Source: an archaeon (GTDB lineage: Archaea > Nanobdellota > Nanobdellia > Woesearchaeales > GW2011-AR9). Taken from it: DNA of 64,000 nt. Within the stretch, counting starts at the first letter, position 1; the number at the start of each line of letters is the position of its first letter. Both the position numbers and the translations under genes were made by a program. Below are positions 39,270-49,299 of the stretch, piece by piece. The stretch spans positions 86,895 through 150,894 of the forward strand of contig JABHSG010000003.1 in assembly GCA_018697095.1 (NCBI GenBank), written 5' to 3'. The notes below the pieces were generated by a model that saw only the letters and a list, made by a program, of their open reading frames with translations, ran no database searches and was not told the origin of the DNA.

Positions 39270-39473
39270 TTATGCAACGCTATATGCACGGCCAGCGATT
39301 TTTGCGCCACAACTAACACTTCGGCATTGCCAAATTCCCATTGCAAGGCGTTTTACATTAACTTTATTGCACACTGGACACTTATGCTTAGCACGTGAAC
39401 TCATCTCATGACGAGCAAACACTTGCCTTGTCTTTCGCCCATATCGAGCTCCAAATCTTTTTGCTGATGACAT
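39270..39473 (-). CDS. rpl37ae: 50S ribosomal protein L37Ae (eL43)
   Basis: RFGARYG, CPVC, GIWQC; true ATG 39473 after AGGAG. Confidence 0.94.
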   Translation of the reverse strand: MSSAKRFGARYGRKTRQVFARHEMSSRAKHKCPVCNKVNVKRLAMGIWQCRSVSCGAKIAGRAYSVA

Positions 39474-39508
39474 TTTAATTCTCCTAATATCTATTCTAAA
39501 TTTTAAAG

Positions 39509-39583
39509 TGGGGCCGCCCGGATTTGAACCGGGGTTCAGGCGTCCCAAACGCCTAGTGATAGACCAAGCTACACTACGGCCCC
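39509..39583 (-). tRNA. tRNA-Pro(TGG)
   Basis: GGGGCCG/CGGCCCC+A acceptor; AGGCG-TTTGGGA-CGCCT anticodon arm; GTTCAAATC. Confidence 0.96.
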
Positions 39584-39773
39584 GAAAATGCAGCTTATAA
39601 ATGTTTCCCTACAAATACGAGAGTATTTGATTGTGCAGCAAGAGTGCGTTCATAAGCTCACTCACTTTACTTAATTGAAACATTCACATAGTCCGTAACT
39701 TCTTTAAAAAGGTTTGCGTGAACAAACTTCAAAAACTTTTTAATTTTTGTATGTTTGTTGTTCAATCGCAATA

Positions 39774-40886
39774 TCACTTCAATTGTAAAATCACTAGTTC
39801 TTTGCTACTTTTAGTTAATTTTTCAAGTTTCTCGTCAATAAAAACGCAAGTATCTTCAATTCTAAGTCCAAATTTTTCCGGATAATAGACGCCAGGCTCA
39901 ATTGTGAATGGCATTTTTTCTAAAATAACATTGGAATTCTTTGGATCTTTGCTTAATCTTGGTTTCTCGTGTACTTCACTACCAATCCCATGGCCTAATG
40001 TGTGAATAAAAAATTCTGCGTCTTTGCCAAGTCCTTGGCGAGCATGTGCATCCAAGTCAAAACATTTTAGGTTTACAGACGCTAACTGGACGCAACTCTT
40101 CTGTACATTCAATAATTTTTCATACTTTTTTAATTCGAATACACTAGGTTTGCCCAAATAGAGCATACGGGTCATATCAGAGCAGTATCCTTCAAACTTT
40201 GCACCAAAATCCAGCAGTAAAAATCCAGATTCAGAAGCATCATCTCCGCCTAGTCTAGTCAAACCAGGAACATGGTGCGGCACAGCGCTATTTTTTCCAA
40301 ATGCAGCGATTGCTGGGAAGCTAAGTCCTGCTCCTTGTTTTCGAATTTCTGCTTCTAAGAAAAGCGCAACTTCTATTTCTCGTGGAAAAGAGCCAAGCCC
40401 AGATTCTCGAAAATTCTCAAGAAGGAGCGCAAGGGCTCTATCCGCAATTTCTGCGGCTTTGCGCATCTTAGACAATTCTAACTCGCTTTTTACTAATCGA
40501 ATATTAGATGACTTTTCACTAATATCTACAAATTCAATGTCCTTTCCCGCAGATCCAAATTTCTGGTGGAACCCCCCAAACAATTTCACAGTCAAAGAAT
40601 TTTTGTTCACGCCAATGCGTAGTTTTTCTTTTTCCAAAGCACCTAGCCTTATAGCTAAATCATCCATCCAACTCTTCTTATATTCTAAAACTTCAACTCC
40701 CAAGGGTGCAGCAATATCATCTAGTGCCGATGCAAGTAACTCACATCTGTCTTGCCATATCAAAAGAACACCATAACTAAGGTTATTTTCTACAAAATAA
40801 TTCAAGTTAGTATCAGGGTGTACTAGAATACAAAGGTCCAAATCAGCTCCAGCCATATATTTTTGTAATTTGTCAACGTTCATCAA
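39774..40886 (-). CDS. Xaa-Pro aminopeptidase/prolidase (M24B)
   Basis: DFGA..YCSDMTR, HTLGHGIG..VHE, TIEPGVY, RIED. Confidence 0.93.
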   Translation of the reverse strand: MMNVDKLQKYMAGADLDLCILVHPDTNLNYFVENNLSYGVLLIWQDRCELLASALDDIAAPLGVEVLEYKKSWMDDLAIRLGALEKEKLRIGVNKNSLTVKLFGGFHQKFGSAGKDIEFVDISEKSSNIRLVKSELELSKMRKAAEIADRALALLLENFRESGLGSFPREIEVALFLEAEIRKQGAGLSFPAIAAFGKNSAVPHHVPGLTRLGGDDASESGFLLLDFGAKFEGYCSDMTRMLYLGKPSVFELKKYEKLLNVQKSCVQLASVNLKCFDLDAHARQGLGKDAEFFIHTLGHGIGSEVHEKPRLSKDPKNSNVILEKMPFTIEPGVYYPEKFGLRIEDTCVFIDEKLEKLTKSSKELVILQLK

Positions 40887-41020
40887 AAAATAGCGCTCAA
40901 GTTTCTTTATCTAGCTTATGTCTCATTTTTTTACTCTTAAGAATCACTATGCCAACGAAATTAATTTGTACGAAAATTAATTTAGTTAAGTATATAAACC
41001 CAAAAAAGAACATTTCTATT

Positions 41021-42235
41021 ATGAAAAAACATGTTTTACCTTCTGGTATCACTTTATTGTACGAGCATAAGCGTGGCCGCTCAGTTTCCATTCAAATAAT
41101 GGTTGGAGTAGGTAGTAACGACGAAAAAGCTGGTCAAAAAGGGATTGCTCACATGGTTGAACATCTAGTCTTTGAAGGAACTAACAAACGCTCACGTGCA
41201 AAAATAATTGCAAATGAAATAGAGTCTCTTGGTGGTGATTTTAACGCTTATACTACAAATTGGCGAACTAGTTATTACATCAAGGTCTTAAACAAACATT
41301 TGCCTAAAGCAATAAATATCCTTGCAGACATTCTTCAAAATTCAATATTTCGTGATGAAGATTTTCAAAGAGAAAGAAAAGTTGTACTTAAGGAAATAGA
41401 TATGTTTTTTGACGACCCAAAATCAAGTGGTTGGCTTGAATTAGAAAAATCACTTTTCAAAAAAAACAATTGTAAATGTCCAAGTTATGGGAAAAAAGAA
41501 GACATCAAAAAATTCAATAGAAATAAGGTATATGAATTTTATAAAAAAAATTACATTGCTCAAAATTTAACTATTGCTATCTCTGGAGATGTTTCTAAAT
41601 ACAAACAGTTAGTACAAAAAGCCTTCAAGGAGTTTCCAAAAGGTAAACCTAGCAAAAGGCCAAAGGTTTTAGAGACGCCCCTAAAAAGATCTTTCAAAAA
41701 AACCAGAAAGAAAGATTACTCATCAAGTTATTTACTCAGGGGTTATCCAGTGGTACCTCGCTCCCATAAAGACAGTTACACTTTAGATATTATTGCGGCA
41801 ATTTTAGGTAAAGGCCAAAGTGGGAAACTTTTTTCTGAAATTAGAGGAAAAAGAGGTTTAGCTTATGACATAGGAATAGAACACTCAGCAGAGGTTGACT
41901 TTGGTTATGTTGTAGTTTTTGCTTCAGCAAGTAAAAAACATCTAAAAGAAGTTCAAAAACTAATTCAACTAGAAATCAATAAATTGCAAGACTCAAGTCA
42001 TACTACTTTAAAAGATCTTAAAGACGCTAAGACTTATCTTGAAGGTGATTTTTTGATGGACCTTGATGACCCTCAAAAAATTACAGATGGGCTTTTATTC
42101 TGGCAAGATATAGGTCAAGCTAAAGACATGAGTCAGTACATCAAAAAAATCAAACAAGTAACTCTTAGTGACATCAAAAGAGTCGCCAAAAAGTACCTAA
42201 GAAATCACGGAACGATGATTTTAGAAGGGAAATAG
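41021..42235 (+). CDS. M16 (pitrilysin-family) zinc peptidase
   Basis: HMVEH inverted zinc motif, NAYT, RGKRGLAY; likely ATG 41021. Confidence 0.93.
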   Translation: MKKHVLPSGITLLYEHKRGRSVSIQIMVGVGSNDEKAGQKGIAHMVEHLVFEGTNKRSRAKIIANEIESLGGDFNAYTTNWRTSYYIKVLNKHLPKAINILADILQNSIFRDEDFQRERKVVLKEIDMFFDDPKSSGWLELEKSLFKKNNCKCPSYGKKEDIKKFNRNKVYEFYKKNYIAQNLTIAISGDVSKYKQLVQKAFKEFPKGKPSKRPKVLETPLKRSFKKTRKKDYSSSYLLRGYPVVPRSHKDSYTLDIIAAILGKGQSGKLFSEIRGKRGLAYDIGIEHSAEVDFGYVVVFASASKKHLKEVQKLIQLEINKLQDSSHTTLKDLKDAKTYLEGDFLMDLDDPQKITDGLLFWQDIGQAKDMSQYIKKIKQVTLSDIKRVAKKYLRNHGTMILEGK

Positions 42236-42257
42236 TTGCCAGAATAAATTATTAGAA

Positions 42258-42740
42258 TCAAAGTGCTAATATCTTAAACCCATCCCGTAATATTTTAACC
42301 AATTTATGGAATTCTTCTTGAGCAAATTCTAATGTTGCAGTATTGATATTTGGGTGAAATCCTACTATCTTAGCATCCCATAATTCTTTATCAATAACTA
42401 AGTTAACTTTTTTCTCAGAATCATTAAGTAAACCAAGAATGGAAACTGAACCAGGAAGTAGCCCTAAAGAATCTTTCAATTCATTTTCATTAGCAAATTT
42501 CAACTTTTTAGCTTCAAGTATTTTACTAAGTTCATCAAGACGCGCTTTTTTATTTGCCGGTAAAATAACTAAAAAGAAATTATTTCCCTTTCTACTTTTC
42601 AAAAATAAATTTTTGCAAGCAGTCCCTGGAATACCTTTGCAATGGATGTCAGCCTCAGCGCAAGTAAACACCGCGGGGTGCTGATGCAATTTATACTTTA
42701 ATTCATGTTCATCTAGAAAATCTTGAACATTTTGATCCAT
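42258..42740 (-). CDS. YbaK/ProX-family aminoacyl-tRNA editing protein
   Basis: HPAVFT, CKNLFLK, PGSVS, FHPNINTAT. Confidence 0.9.
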   Translation of the reverse strand: MDQNVQDFLDEHELKYKLHQHPAVFTCAEADIHCKGIPGTACKNLFLKSRKGNNFFLVILPANKKARLDELSKILEAKKLKFANENELKDSLGLLPGSVSILGLLNDSEKKVNLVIDKELWDAKIVGFHPNINTATLEFAQEEFHKLVKILRDGFKILAL

Positions 42741-42741
42741 T

Positions 42742-43836
42742 TTACCTAGTTACAATAAACCCTTCAACTTGCTCTTTAAGCGCAGCTGCAGTTTTATCTT
42801 TTGCAAAGTGTTCTCGTACAGGTTCTAGGAATCTATCAATATATTTAGCAGTTGTTTGTTTCAAATCTAGTGGGTGCAAATCGCCAGCCACATATGCTTT
42901 CTCCAAGTCAGAATAATTAGTAAAAGAAATATTGCCACCAAACTTCTCTGGCCTCTCAATCACATACTCTTCTTTATCTAAAATTTCAAACACAATATAT
43001 TTGCAATATTCAAGTACAGGGTTTTCTTTAACTTCTTTAGCTGGGCACCATGCATTTTTCATTTTGCGTTTAACGTCAGCGCTTGAGTCAGTCATAAAAA
43101 TGGCAGTATCAGGTAGAGATTTACTCATCTTCAATTTGATTGCTCGCTCTGCCCCACTTAAACCTTCAACGCTTGGTTGCTGCAGGCCCATCAGCATATG
43201 ATGTGAAAGTGAAATCGGTTTCCATTTGCCAAGACTTGGTCCAACTTCTCTTGCCATCATGTTAACTTTACGCTGGTCAAGACCAAGTTGCGCAATATCA
43301 GCTTTCAGATAGAAAATATCAGCTGCTTGCATACAAGGATAAAATATTTGAGATGCATGTAATTTAGCGTCTTCGCTTCGTCCCATAATCTCAACGCAAC
43401 GCATAACTCGCTTGAGTGTATTTTTTGTAGCAACTTCCATTACTGTTTTCCAATAAGCAGGGTCTTTCATAGCTTCGTTTGCCCATACAAATTCTACATG
43501 GTCCAAATTCATTCCACAAGCTTTCCAAACTTCAATAAAGTATTTCCCAGTGATCTGAATCTTCTCCAAATCGCCACCTAGTTTGCCATTCGCCCATGCA
43601 TGCCAATCAGCTACCCACATTTTAAAGTGCCCACCAGCAGCAATTACTTTGTTTACATTCACTGCGCGTAAAAGGCCTTGTGCTATGTGTATTCTTCCAG
43701 AAGGTTCAAACCCATCATAAGCAATAAAACGAGACTTAATGCCATCGTGCTTTTCAAGAAGCGCCACAACTTCTTCTTCTTTTACAATTTCTTCGCCAAC
43801 TTCCTTAAGAAGTGCTAATCTCTTCTGAATATCCAT
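42742..43836 (-). CDS. tyrS: tyrosyl-tRNA synthetase (archaeal/eukaryotic type)
   Basis: YDGFEPSGRIHIAQ, YPCMQAAD, GLDQRK, KMSKS. Confidence 0.96.
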   Translation of the reverse strand: MDIQKRLALLKEVGEEIVKEEEVVALLEKHDGIKSRFIAYDGFEPSGRIHIAQGLLRAVNVNKVIAAGGHFKMWVADWHAWANGKLGGDLEKIQITGKYFIEVWKACGMNLDHVEFVWANEAMKDPAYWKTVMEVATKNTLKRVMRCVEIMGRSEDAKLHASQIFYPCMQAADIFYLKADIAQLGLDQRKVNMMAREVGPSLGKWKPISLSHHMLMGLQQPSVEGLSGAERAIKLKMSKSLPDTAIFMTDSSADVKRKMKNAWCPAKEVKENPVLEYCKYIVFEILDKEEYVIERPEKFGGNISFTNYSDLEKAYVAGDLHPLDLKQTTAKYIDRFLEPVREHFAKDKTAAALKEQVEGFIVTR

Positions 43837-43919
43837 AGCTGAGCATACAGCCCCATAATATATAAAATCATTCTAGTAAAAGGTAATTTTTAAAAACAAA
43901 GCCACTAAAAAGCTATACT

Positions 43920-44597
43920 ATGGCAGAAAATAACACTAACAATTCAAACTCAAGCAGTAAACCAATCATTCTATTCGATTTTTGGGGAACTTTAGCGCAG
44001 CAAGGCGTATATTCACCAGTAAAACAAATTAAAGCAATCATAAAGCCAAATATTCCATTCAAAGAATACATCAAACGTATGCAAAATTCACTTCTAACCA
44101 AAAACTTTGAGAGTATGCGTGAAGCATTCGAAGAAGTTTATGAAGAGTTTAATATTGATTCAACTCCAAAAAAGTTAGATGACCTTGTTGGCATGTGGAA
44201 TAAGAACTGGCTACTTGCAACACTCTTTGATGATACTAAAAAGGCCCTAGAAGAATTAAAACAAACTCATAAAATTGTACTAATTGCTAATTCTGACAAA
44301 GCATCAATAAATAACGTGTTAAACAAATTCGAACTAACCAATTTGTTTGATGAAATTTTTCTTTCTTGTAACCTAGGAGTTATCAAAAGTGACCCTGAAT
44401 TTTTAGAAAAAGTTGTTGAACTTCTTGGCACAACTAAAGAAAATGTAACTGTTGTTGGTGATAGTATGCAGTCAGACATCTATCCAGCAAAAGATCAACA
44501 AATCAAAGCAGTCTTAGTAGACAGAAAAGGCAATAGGGAGTTCACCCCTAAAGTTACTACCCTCAAAAATCTAAAAATAGCTTTAGAAGATAACTAA
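43920..44597 (+). CDS. HAD-superfamily hydrolase
   Basis: FDFWGTL and VGDSMQSD motifs. Confidence 0.85.
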   Translation: MAENNTNNSNSSSKPIILFDFWGTLAQQGVYSPVKQIKAIIKPNIPFKEYIKRMQNSLLTKNFESMREAFEEVYEEFNIDSTPKKLDDLVGMWNKNWLLATLFDDTKKALEELKQTHKIVLIANSDKASINNVLNKFELTNLFDEIFLSCNLGVIKSDPEFLEKVVELLGTTKENVTVVGDSMQSDIYPAKDQQIKAVLVDRKGNREFTPKVTTLKNLKIALEDN

Positions 44598-44654
44598 TAC
44601 TATTGTCTTAGCAAGAGTAACATTTATCTAGCGACTTATCTTTTCCAGTCTACA

Positions 44655-45557
44655 ATGAAAGTAACATTTTTGGGCACCACTTGTATGCAGCCTACAGTTG
44701 AGCGTAATCACAGTGCAATTCTTATTCAGCGAGATGACCAAAACATTCTTTTCGACTGTGGTGAAGGAACTCAGCGCCAACTAAAAATTGCAGGTATCAA
44801 ACCAACCAAAATAACTAAAATTTGTATTAGTCATTGGCATGGAGACCATGTACTTGGATTGCCAGGGCTTCTTTCAACTATGGGCGCAAATGAATATCAA
44901 GGAACGATTGAAATTTATGGTCCTAAGGGAAGCAAGAAACTATTTTCCTACATGAAAAAAGCGTTCCCAAGCCTCAACGCAATTAAGTACAAACTCACTG
45001 AATCAACTAATCCGCAAACAATCAAAATCAACAAAGACATAACATTGCAAACTCAACTTCTCAAACATTCAACTCCTTGCATTGGCTTTGCATTAAAAGA
45101 AAACGATAAACGTAGTATTAACAAATCAAAACTAAAAAAATTAAAAATTCCACCTGGTCCACACTTAGCTAAAATTCATCAAGGAAAATCAATCAAAGTA
45201 AATAATAAGACTATCACTGCAGACATGATTTCAACACTCAGCAAAGGAAAAAAATTGGCGTACGTACCAGACACTCGGCCTTGTAAGGGTGCACAATTGC
45301 TCGCAAAAGATGCTGACCTATTAATCATCGAATCTACTTTCCACTCAAGTGACATTGCGCACGCCAAAAAACACGACCATATGACTGCAAAAGAAAGTGC
45401 GCAATTAGCACAAAAAGCAAACGTAAAAAAACTCATCCTCACACATCCATCTTTAAGATACAAAACAACAACCTCACTTCTAAAAGAAGCAAAGCAGCAC
45501 TTCAAACCATCAAAGAACGTAACTTTCGCCAAGGATTTTCTAGTAGTAAATGTATGA
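44655..45557 (+). CDS. rnz: ribonuclease Z
   Basis: DCGEGTQRQ, HWHGDH, GP exosite, DTRP, LILTH. Confidence 0.95.
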   Translation: MKVTFLGTTCMQPTVERNHSAILIQRDDQNILFDCGEGTQRQLKIAGIKPTKITKICISHWHGDHVLGLPGLLSTMGANEYQGTIEIYGPKGSKKLFSYMKKAFPSLNAIKYKLTESTNPQTIKINKDITLQTQLLKHSTPCIGFALKENDKRSINKSKLKKLKIPPGPHLAKIHQGKSIKVNNKTITADMISTLSKGKKLAYVPDTRPCKGAQLLAKDADLLIIESTFHSSDIAHAKKHDHMTAKESAQLAQKANVKKLILTHPSLRYKTTTSLLKEAKQHFKPSKNVTFAKDFLVVNV

Positions 45558-45695
45558 ATCTAATTATGTTATGTTTCTGATAACTGAACGCAGTTGGACA
45601 ATAATACAGTGGGTTTTGAGTACACACTCACTTGTCACCATTTTAAAGTAGCAAACAAAGAAAGATTTATAAAGTTTATATCAATATCTGTTAGC

Positions 45696-45971
45696 ATGAG
45701 TAAAGAATCAGATCTCAAACAAATTTTAAATCAAAGCGCACTTATGGTCGCCGCTGCTAGTGTTGGTAAATATGGCTCCTTCTTAGGTGGTATTTCCAGC
45801 GTAATTGGTGATGAACCAGATGTTGGAATGGCATTTTTTGCTGGAACGGTATATGTGACTAGTTGTTTGGCGGAATATTATGCGAAAGGAATTTCTACAG
45901 CAGCTACGGTAGAACCATTAAGTGAGACATTAGATAAAATTGCAGAAAATTTAGGCATTTATAAAAATTAA
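45696..45971 (+). CDS. small hydrophobic hypothetical protein
   Basis: ATG 45696 downstream of TTTATAAA; two hydrophobic segments. Confidence 0.5.
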   Translation: MSKESDLKQILNQSALMVAAASVGKYGSFLGGISSVIGDEPDVGMAFFAGTVYVTSCLAEYYAKGISTAATVEPLSETLDKIAENLGIYKN

Positions 45972-46133
45972 ATATTTAACTCAATTTCTAAATTAGGCGG
46001 AATACTTTTTTGTGTGAAGTAAGGTATTAGTTCGTGAACATTTATTTTTATCTGGTCTTTTTCATGACCCACTACCCGCACTGGTCACCTTCACTCAATC
46101 CTTAAAAGGCGTATCCCCTTTGTTTCTTATGCA

Positions 46134-46616
46134 ATGTCAGACATAAAAATTACAAAACCCAAAAAAATTAAGAAAATCAAGAAGAAACGCTCTATAAATC
46201 GCAAGGCTAAGGGCATTAATGCAGAGCGAGACCTAATCCATAAGTTCCATGCGCTTAGCTGGTCAGCAGTACGTATCGCTGGCTCAGGTTCCACTAGGTA
46301 TCCAGCTCCAGATCTTCTTGCAGGTAACGGTCACAGACGTATCGCAATTGAAGCTAAAAGCACAGCAGACTCTAGAAAATATTTTAGTCATGAAGATATT
46401 GATCAACTAAGAACCTTCTCAAGAAATTTTGGTTGTGAATTTTGGCTAGCCGTAAAATTCCAAGGAGAAAATTGGACTTTTTTCCACCCAGAGGACCTTC
46501 AAGAAACAAAAACTGCTTTTGTAGCTACAGTGCAATTAAGTGAACGTATTGGATTAAATCTATCAGAACTGCTTGCCGTAACCCAAAATAACCCACTCCA
46601 GGGCCAAAACCTTTAA
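46134..46616 (+). CDS. hjc: Holliday junction resolvase Hjc
   Basis: KG..AER, R.AGSG, PDLLAG, AIEAK. Confidence 0.93.
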   Translation: MSDIKITKPKKIKKIKKKRSINRKAKGINAERDLIHKFHALSWSAVRIAGSGSTRYPAPDLLAGNGHRRIAIEAKSTADSRKYFSHEDIDQLRTFSRNFGCEFWLAVKFQGENWTFFHPEDLQETKTAFVATVQLSERIGLNLSELLAVTQNNPLQGQNL

Positions 46617-46641
46617 AAGAGCCATTTCTAATTGTACTTCA

Positions 46642-47502
46642 ATGCGACTCACTCCTCAAAAAGTAGAAGAAGTAATCTTTCGAATAGTTCGTGAAGATGG
46701 GCTTGAATTAGTAGCTTTACTTAAGGGCAAAGAGAACGTTTCTGAGTTCGATATTGCAACTAAACTCAAAAAAGACATAAAATTAGTTAGACGTATGCTT
46801 TATTTTCTATATAACAAAAATCTTGTTTCCTTCACACGAAAAAAGGACAAACAAAAAGGTTGGTACATTTATTATTGGACTTTAGAGATGGATGCCATCA
46901 AATTTGAATATATTAAACAAAAAAAACAAACTTTAGAACGTCTTGAAGCTACACTTGAAAAAGAGCAAAAAGAGGTTTTTTACGTTTGTTCTGATACTTG
47001 TGTTCGTCTTGACATGAATGAATCTTTAGATTATGATTTTCATTGCCCTGAATGTGGGAACCTTCTAGAACAAGATGAAAACAGTGAGAAAATTTCCCGG
47101 TTAAATAAAAGAATAGCTGACCTAAAAGTTGAATTAGAAGCAATTCACAAATCAGAAGCAATTCGTCTTGAAAAAGCTGCTGCAAAAGCAAAAGAAGAAC
47201 GCCTTAAAGAGGAAGCAGAAGCAAAAGAAGCTTCAAACGAAAAGCGAAGAGAAACTATTCGTAAGAAAAAAGAAGCTCTTGCTAAAAAAAATGCTGCTAA
47301 AGAAGCTAAATCTGCTAAGAAAAAAACCGCTAAAGCTAAAGTAGCTAAGCCTAAAAAAGCAGCAAAAAAGAAATCTTCAAAGAAAAAGGCAGCTGCTAAG
47401 AAAAAAACCGCTAAAGCTAAAGTAGCTAAGCCTAAAAAAGCAGCAAAAAAGAAATCTCCAAAGAAAAAAGCAGCAACTAAGAAAAAAACCGCTGAAAAAT
47501 AA
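46642..47502 (+). CDS. tfe: transcription factor E alpha with Lys/Ala-rich C-terminal tail
   Basis: wHTH with GWYIYYW, zinc ribbon C..C / CPECG. Confidence 0.92.
   Translation: MRLTPQKVEEVIFRIVREDGLELVALLKGKENVSEFDIATKLKKDIKLVRRMLYFLYNKNLVSFTRKKDKQKGWYIYYWTLEMDAIKFEYIKQKKQTLERLEATLEKEQKEVFYVCSDTCVRLDMNESLDYDFHCPECGNLLEQDENSEKISRLNKRIADLKVELEAIHKSEAIRLEKAAAKAKEERLKEEAEAKEASNEKRRETIRKKKEALAKKNAAKEAKSAKKKTAKAKVAKPKKAAKKKSSKKKAAAKKKTAKAKVAKPKKAAKKKSPKKKAATKKKTAEK
47312..47494 (+). repeat. 81-bp tandem repeat (about 2.3 copies) in the tfe tail
   Basis: CTGCTAAGAAAAAAACCGCTAAAGCTAAAGTAGC... starts at 47312 and 47393, partial copy near 47474. Confidence 0.9.
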
Positions 47503-47568
47503 TCTATTAGAAAAAAATAGTAAATAAAATCAAGTTCTTAAAAAAATTTAAAAAATAATAAAAGAAAA

Positions 47569-47814
47569 CTAACGTTTTCTTCTTTTAGTAGCTTTCTTAC
47601 GTGCTGGTTTACGAGCAACTTTTCGTTTCTTACTCACAGCAGCTAAGATCATATCTTCTTCTTTCAAAATTTTGCTAGTCATTCTTGAGATATTCATCTC
47701 AACACCTGCAACACGTCTCTCAAGCAAGATTAAAACCCGCAAAGAGTATACAATTGCAGCTAGTGTTCCAATAATCACCGCTAAAATAACTTCTGATAAT
47801 GCTAATGTAGCCAT
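47569..47814 (-). CDS. small single-TM coiled-coil protein with basic tail
   Basis: GAGGTGA SD before ATG 47814; TM then LERR coiled coil and K/R tail. Confidence 0.7.
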   Translation of the reverse strand: MATLALSEVILAVIIGTLAAIVYSLRVLILLERRVAGVEMNISRMTSKILKEEDMILAAVSKKRKVARKPARKKATKRRKR

Positions 47815-47900
47815 TTTTTCATTCACCTCGATTATAATTCTAATACTTAGATAACCTATTTAGCGTATATAAATGTTATTGCCTATCAGCAATAACGTTC

Positions 47901-47922
47901 GCAGAAACTAAAGCGTTTCTGC
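47901..47922. repeat. intergenic hairpin
   Basis: GCAGAAAC-TAAAGC-GTTTCTGC just downstream of the transporter stop. Confidence 0.5.
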
Positions 47923-47959
47923 ATAAATCTGTTGCCAAACCAATCAAGTTTCACTCTTT

Positions 47960-49177
47960 CTAAAAAATCGCGCTCCATACGCCGTGTACTATTCCAAATG
48001 CAAATAAAGTCATAATCAAATAACCAACCCCTTTCATAAGTGGCAAACTATACTCTGGTTTACGGTCCCCAAGTACTTTTGCTTTCCAGTATGCAAGTAC
48101 AATTAGTATTCCATCAATCCCTCCAGCAACCGCACCAGTTATCGCTAAAGCTGAAATAAAAGAAGTCAAATCAAACAAAACAATCAGTAGTGGTACAAAC
48201 ATTACAAGTAAAAATGAAATTTTTCTAGGGATTTTATAATCGTAAGTGTAAGCTTCAAGTAGTGCTTCTCCAAGTGTAATAAAAGAAGTAAACATTGCAA
48301 GTATTGCAAGTAAGTTAGCAAGCCCACCAAGTATTGGGTGGCTATAATAGCTAAGTGCAATTGTCGCAATTTTTTCGTTAGCTGACAACATCTCAAAATT
48401 AGAAAACCCTACAATCCCAATAACGGCTGCGCAAAATAAAACATACAAAATCATTGGAGCTAGTGTCCCTAAAACAATTGCATGTTTGAACACTTTTTTG
48501 TCCTTTCCAACAATTTCATGTACTTCTGGGATCGCAGCTGACCCAATGAATGCAAATATAATTACACCTAGTGGCGCCAAAGCAGACCCAAAATTAATAT
48601 TACTAAGATAACTAGGGTTCATTTTTGGAATTGAAACAGCAGATATAATCAAAATCACAAGAACCATGATTGCTACTACAAAAGTTTCAGCTTTTCCAAC
48701 TTCATCCATACCAAGCCAAACAAGTATCCCACAGAAAATAAAAAATCCAATCATGTATACAAAAGTAGAATGCAGCCCTGTTCCAACAAAAATATTACTT
48801 AAAAATGGAATTTGTTCAACAAGCGTTTTAATTGATTGTCCTTCCCCGATTAAATAAGCAACCAGTGCCCCATAAATTCCTACAGTCATGGAAAAAAGCA
48901 TCCCTAGTTTCCCCCATTTACCAAGATACTTTTCCATATATCCTGTCAGTTGGTGAAATCCACGAGTACGCAAAACGATTTCTCCCATGAATAAATTAAG
49001 TGCTAAAAAAACAAGACCAATTAGAATAATTATGGCTGATCCAATTAAAAATCCAGATTGTGAAACTACATATGGGATTCCAAGTATCCCTGCCCCAACC
49101 ACTGTACCGCTAAGAGTAGCTGCGCCAACAAGCATTTTACGAGTTGGATGTTTTGTGTGAATATTAGGATGTGCCAT
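47960..49177 (-). CDS. aromatic amino acid permease-like transporter (APC superfamily)
   Basis: GTVVGAGILGIP; about 11 TM. Confidence 0.9.
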   Translation of the reverse strand: MAHPNIHTKHPTRKMLVGAATLSGTVVGAGILGIPYVVSQSGFLIGSAIIILIGLVFLALNLFMGEIVLRTRGFHQLTGYMEKYLGKWGKLGMLFSMTVGIYGALVAYLIGEGQSIKTLVEQIPFLSNIFVGTGLHSTFVYMIGFFIFCGILVWLGMDEVGKAETFVVAIMVLVILIISAVSIPKMNPSYLSNINFGSALAPLGVIIFAFIGSAAIPEVHEIVGKDKKVFKHAIVLGTLAPMILYVLFCAAVIGIVGFSNFEMLSANEKIATIALSYYSHPILGGLANLLAILAMFTSFITLGEALLEAYTYDYKIPRKISFLLVMFVPLLIVLFDLTSFISALAITGAVAGGIDGILIVLAYWKAKVLGDRKPEYSLPLMKGVGYLIMTLFAFGIVHGVWSAIF

Positions 49178-49299
49178 CGATCAATAAACAAAAGAATCAA
49201 TCATGCAAACTTAAATGCTTCGATATACTACGTAGTTGTAAATACATAGTAAATGAATAATTCATAAATTAAAAATAAGTAAACTTCATTAAAATAAAA

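Noticed and set aside
39474..39548. N-terminal extension of L37Ae in the ORF track
   Set aside because: Overlaps tRNA-Pro; an SD precedes ATG 39473
45968..46081. 37-codon minus-strand ORF with an AGGTGA SD and GTG start
   Set aside because: Short, no recognisable motif; cannot be supported without conservation data
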